64,000 nt of DNA from assembly GCA_963834385.1 (NCBI GenBank), contig CAWIBO010000005.1, forward strand, positions 288,001 to 352,000. The letters are read 5' to 3'. A program made the position numbers and the translations under genes. This DNA is from an uncultured Verrucomicrobiae bacterium (lineage in GTDB: Bacteria > Verrucomicrobiota > Verrucomicrobiia > Chthoniobacterales > UBA10450). The notes below the pieces were generated by a model that saw only the letters and a list, made by a program, of their open reading frames with translations, was not told where the DNA came from and ran no database searches. Of this stretch, positions 62,862 to 64,000 are shown one piece after another. Numbering within the stretch: the stretch's first letter is position 1; the number at the start of each line of letters is the position of its first letter.

Positions 62862-63734
62862 CTAGAAGCGCCAGGTCGCTCCGAGGAAGGGGTTGAAATC
62901 GTCCGCGGCCCGGGTCAGCCCCAGGTTGACCCCGAGATCGAGCTGAAAATCGCGCGTGACCGCGTAGGTCAATCCGCAGTCGAAGGTCGCGATCCAGTCC
63001 GCCCCTTTCTCGCTGCTGACCGCGCTGAAGATCTCGGCGTAACCCCCCAGGTTCCCGATCAGGTCGCGGCCCAGGGCGACGGTCTGCACCCATTCGAGGT
63101 GGGTGCCGCGGCCGTCTTCGTCGCGGTTGAAATCAAACTCCGGCATCACTCCAAGGCTCCAACCGGCCGGCAGCTCGATGGCGAACGGAAAGATGAGGCC
63201 GCCTTCGACCGCGCCGTTGCCCAGGTCCTTCGCGGCGGTGGGAAACTTGAGGAACGGCATGACGGCAAACGCGGTCCGGCCGCCGTCGTTGCCCCAAAGG
63301 TTGATCTTGAGGCGCGAAACCAGGTCGCCGAACCCGCTGGTCTTGCGGGTCAGCCCCGCGCTGCGGTCCTCCATCCGGACCGTATTGAAGGCGGGCACGA
63401 TGATCTGGAGATCAATGTGGTGGAACAACCCGGCCTTCAGGTTTGTGTTCGCAAACGACCAGCTCTCGACCCGGGTGTTGGCGGCGTCGCCGTTGTAGGC
63501 GTCGCGACTGTAATTGAAAAGATCGGCCTCCACCTGGAAATGGCCGGGATCGACCGTGTAGGGACTTTCCGTCTTGTCCGGCCGATCGGTGCTGAGATCA
63601 CGCAACGCTTCGCGCGGCACGGGCCGGAAAAGATGATAGCCGGTCTTGTCGAGGACCGGCGCCTCGCCCGCGCACAGGCCGGCGGCCGACAAAAGCAAAC
63701 CGGCGGAGAAGAGGCCGAGCGTCAGGCTCTTCAT
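62862..63734 (-). CDS. Outer-membrane beta-barrel 'transporter' (MetA-pathway/phenol-degradation-like)
   Basis: Signal peptide; TDRPD.TESP.TV..G and GFGD...R.K motifs; terminal RF. Confidence 0.85.
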   Translation of the reverse strand: MKSLTLGLFSAGLLLSAAGLCAGEAPVLDKTGYHLFRPVPREALRDLSTDRPDKTESPYTVDPGHFQVEADLFNYSRDAYNGDAANTRVESWSFANTNLKAGLFHHIDLQIIVPAFNTVRMEDRSAGLTRKTSGFGDLVSRLKINLWGNDGGRTAFAVMPFLKFPTAAKDLGNGAVEGGLIFPFAIELPAGWSLGVMPEFDFNRDEDGRGTHLEWVQTVALGRDLIGNLGGYAEIFSAVSSEKGADWIATFDCGLTYAVTRDFQLDLGVNLGLTRAADDFNPFLGATWRF

Positions 63735-64000
63735 CGCAGACCCTCCACGATGGTGGTGAGATTATGTTTGATCATCCCCTCGTAAGTCCCGAGGTCGTAA
63801 CCGTTCTCCATCTGGCCGGGCGTTCCCATGGCATCGGAGAAAAGTTCGCCGCCGATCTTCACCCCGGCGTCGCGGCTGATCCGCTCAATCGTGGTGTGCG
63901 GGACGCTCGACTCGACGAAGACGGCTTTGACCCCTTTGTCCCGGATGAAATCAGTCAGCTTGGCCATGTCGGCGAGCCCGGCCTCGGTCACGGTGGAAAT
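63731..64000 (-). CDS. Metal ABC transporter substrate-binding protein (TroA/PsaA family), C-terminal part
   Basis: IST..EA, VFVESSV, GGELFSDAMG and TY.GM..HN motifs. Confidence 0.92.
   Translation of the reverse strand: MSTVTEAGLADMAKLTDFIRDKGVKAVFVESSVPHTTIERISRDAGVKIGGELFSDAMGTPGQMENGYDLGTYEGMIKHNLTTIVEGLR

Overview
High-GC bacterial chromosomal window. Gene content (DUF5069, several secreted DUF4440 proteins, helical-repeat secreted proteins) and repeat style suggest Verrucomicrobiota, probably Chthoniobacterales-like; this is an inference. It holds about 75 mostly housekeeping or accessory genes: an amidase, thiC under a TPP riboswitch, DNA repair genes (AlkD-like, 5'-3' exonuclease, tag, uvsE), transporters (SLC13, AbgT, DMT, MscS, a Mn/Zn/Fe ABC operon), signalling modules (BLUF, RsbQ-like hydrolase plus PAS hybrid kinase, FIST plus hybrid kinase), an autotransporter, rsmH, msrA and pgl. 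About ten genes carry single-base frameshifts, which most likely reflect uncorrected long-read errors. I saw no rRNA, tRNA, CRISPR array, integrase or transposase. The most unusual signal is a dense, structured set of short repeats. A four-helix-bundle gene sits inside the metal ABC operon, bracketed by inverted heptamer arrays whose units also occur as orphan arrays elsewhere in the window. Several REP/REPIN-like palindrome families are present, and one palindrome is inserted in frame in thiC. Also notable are a double-glycine-leader-like small peptide next to a Cys-ladder secreted protein in a decayed variable region, a permease-DtxR fusion resembling chlamydial YtgCR, and two genes missed by the ORF track. 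All family assignments come from motif recognition, not database searches.
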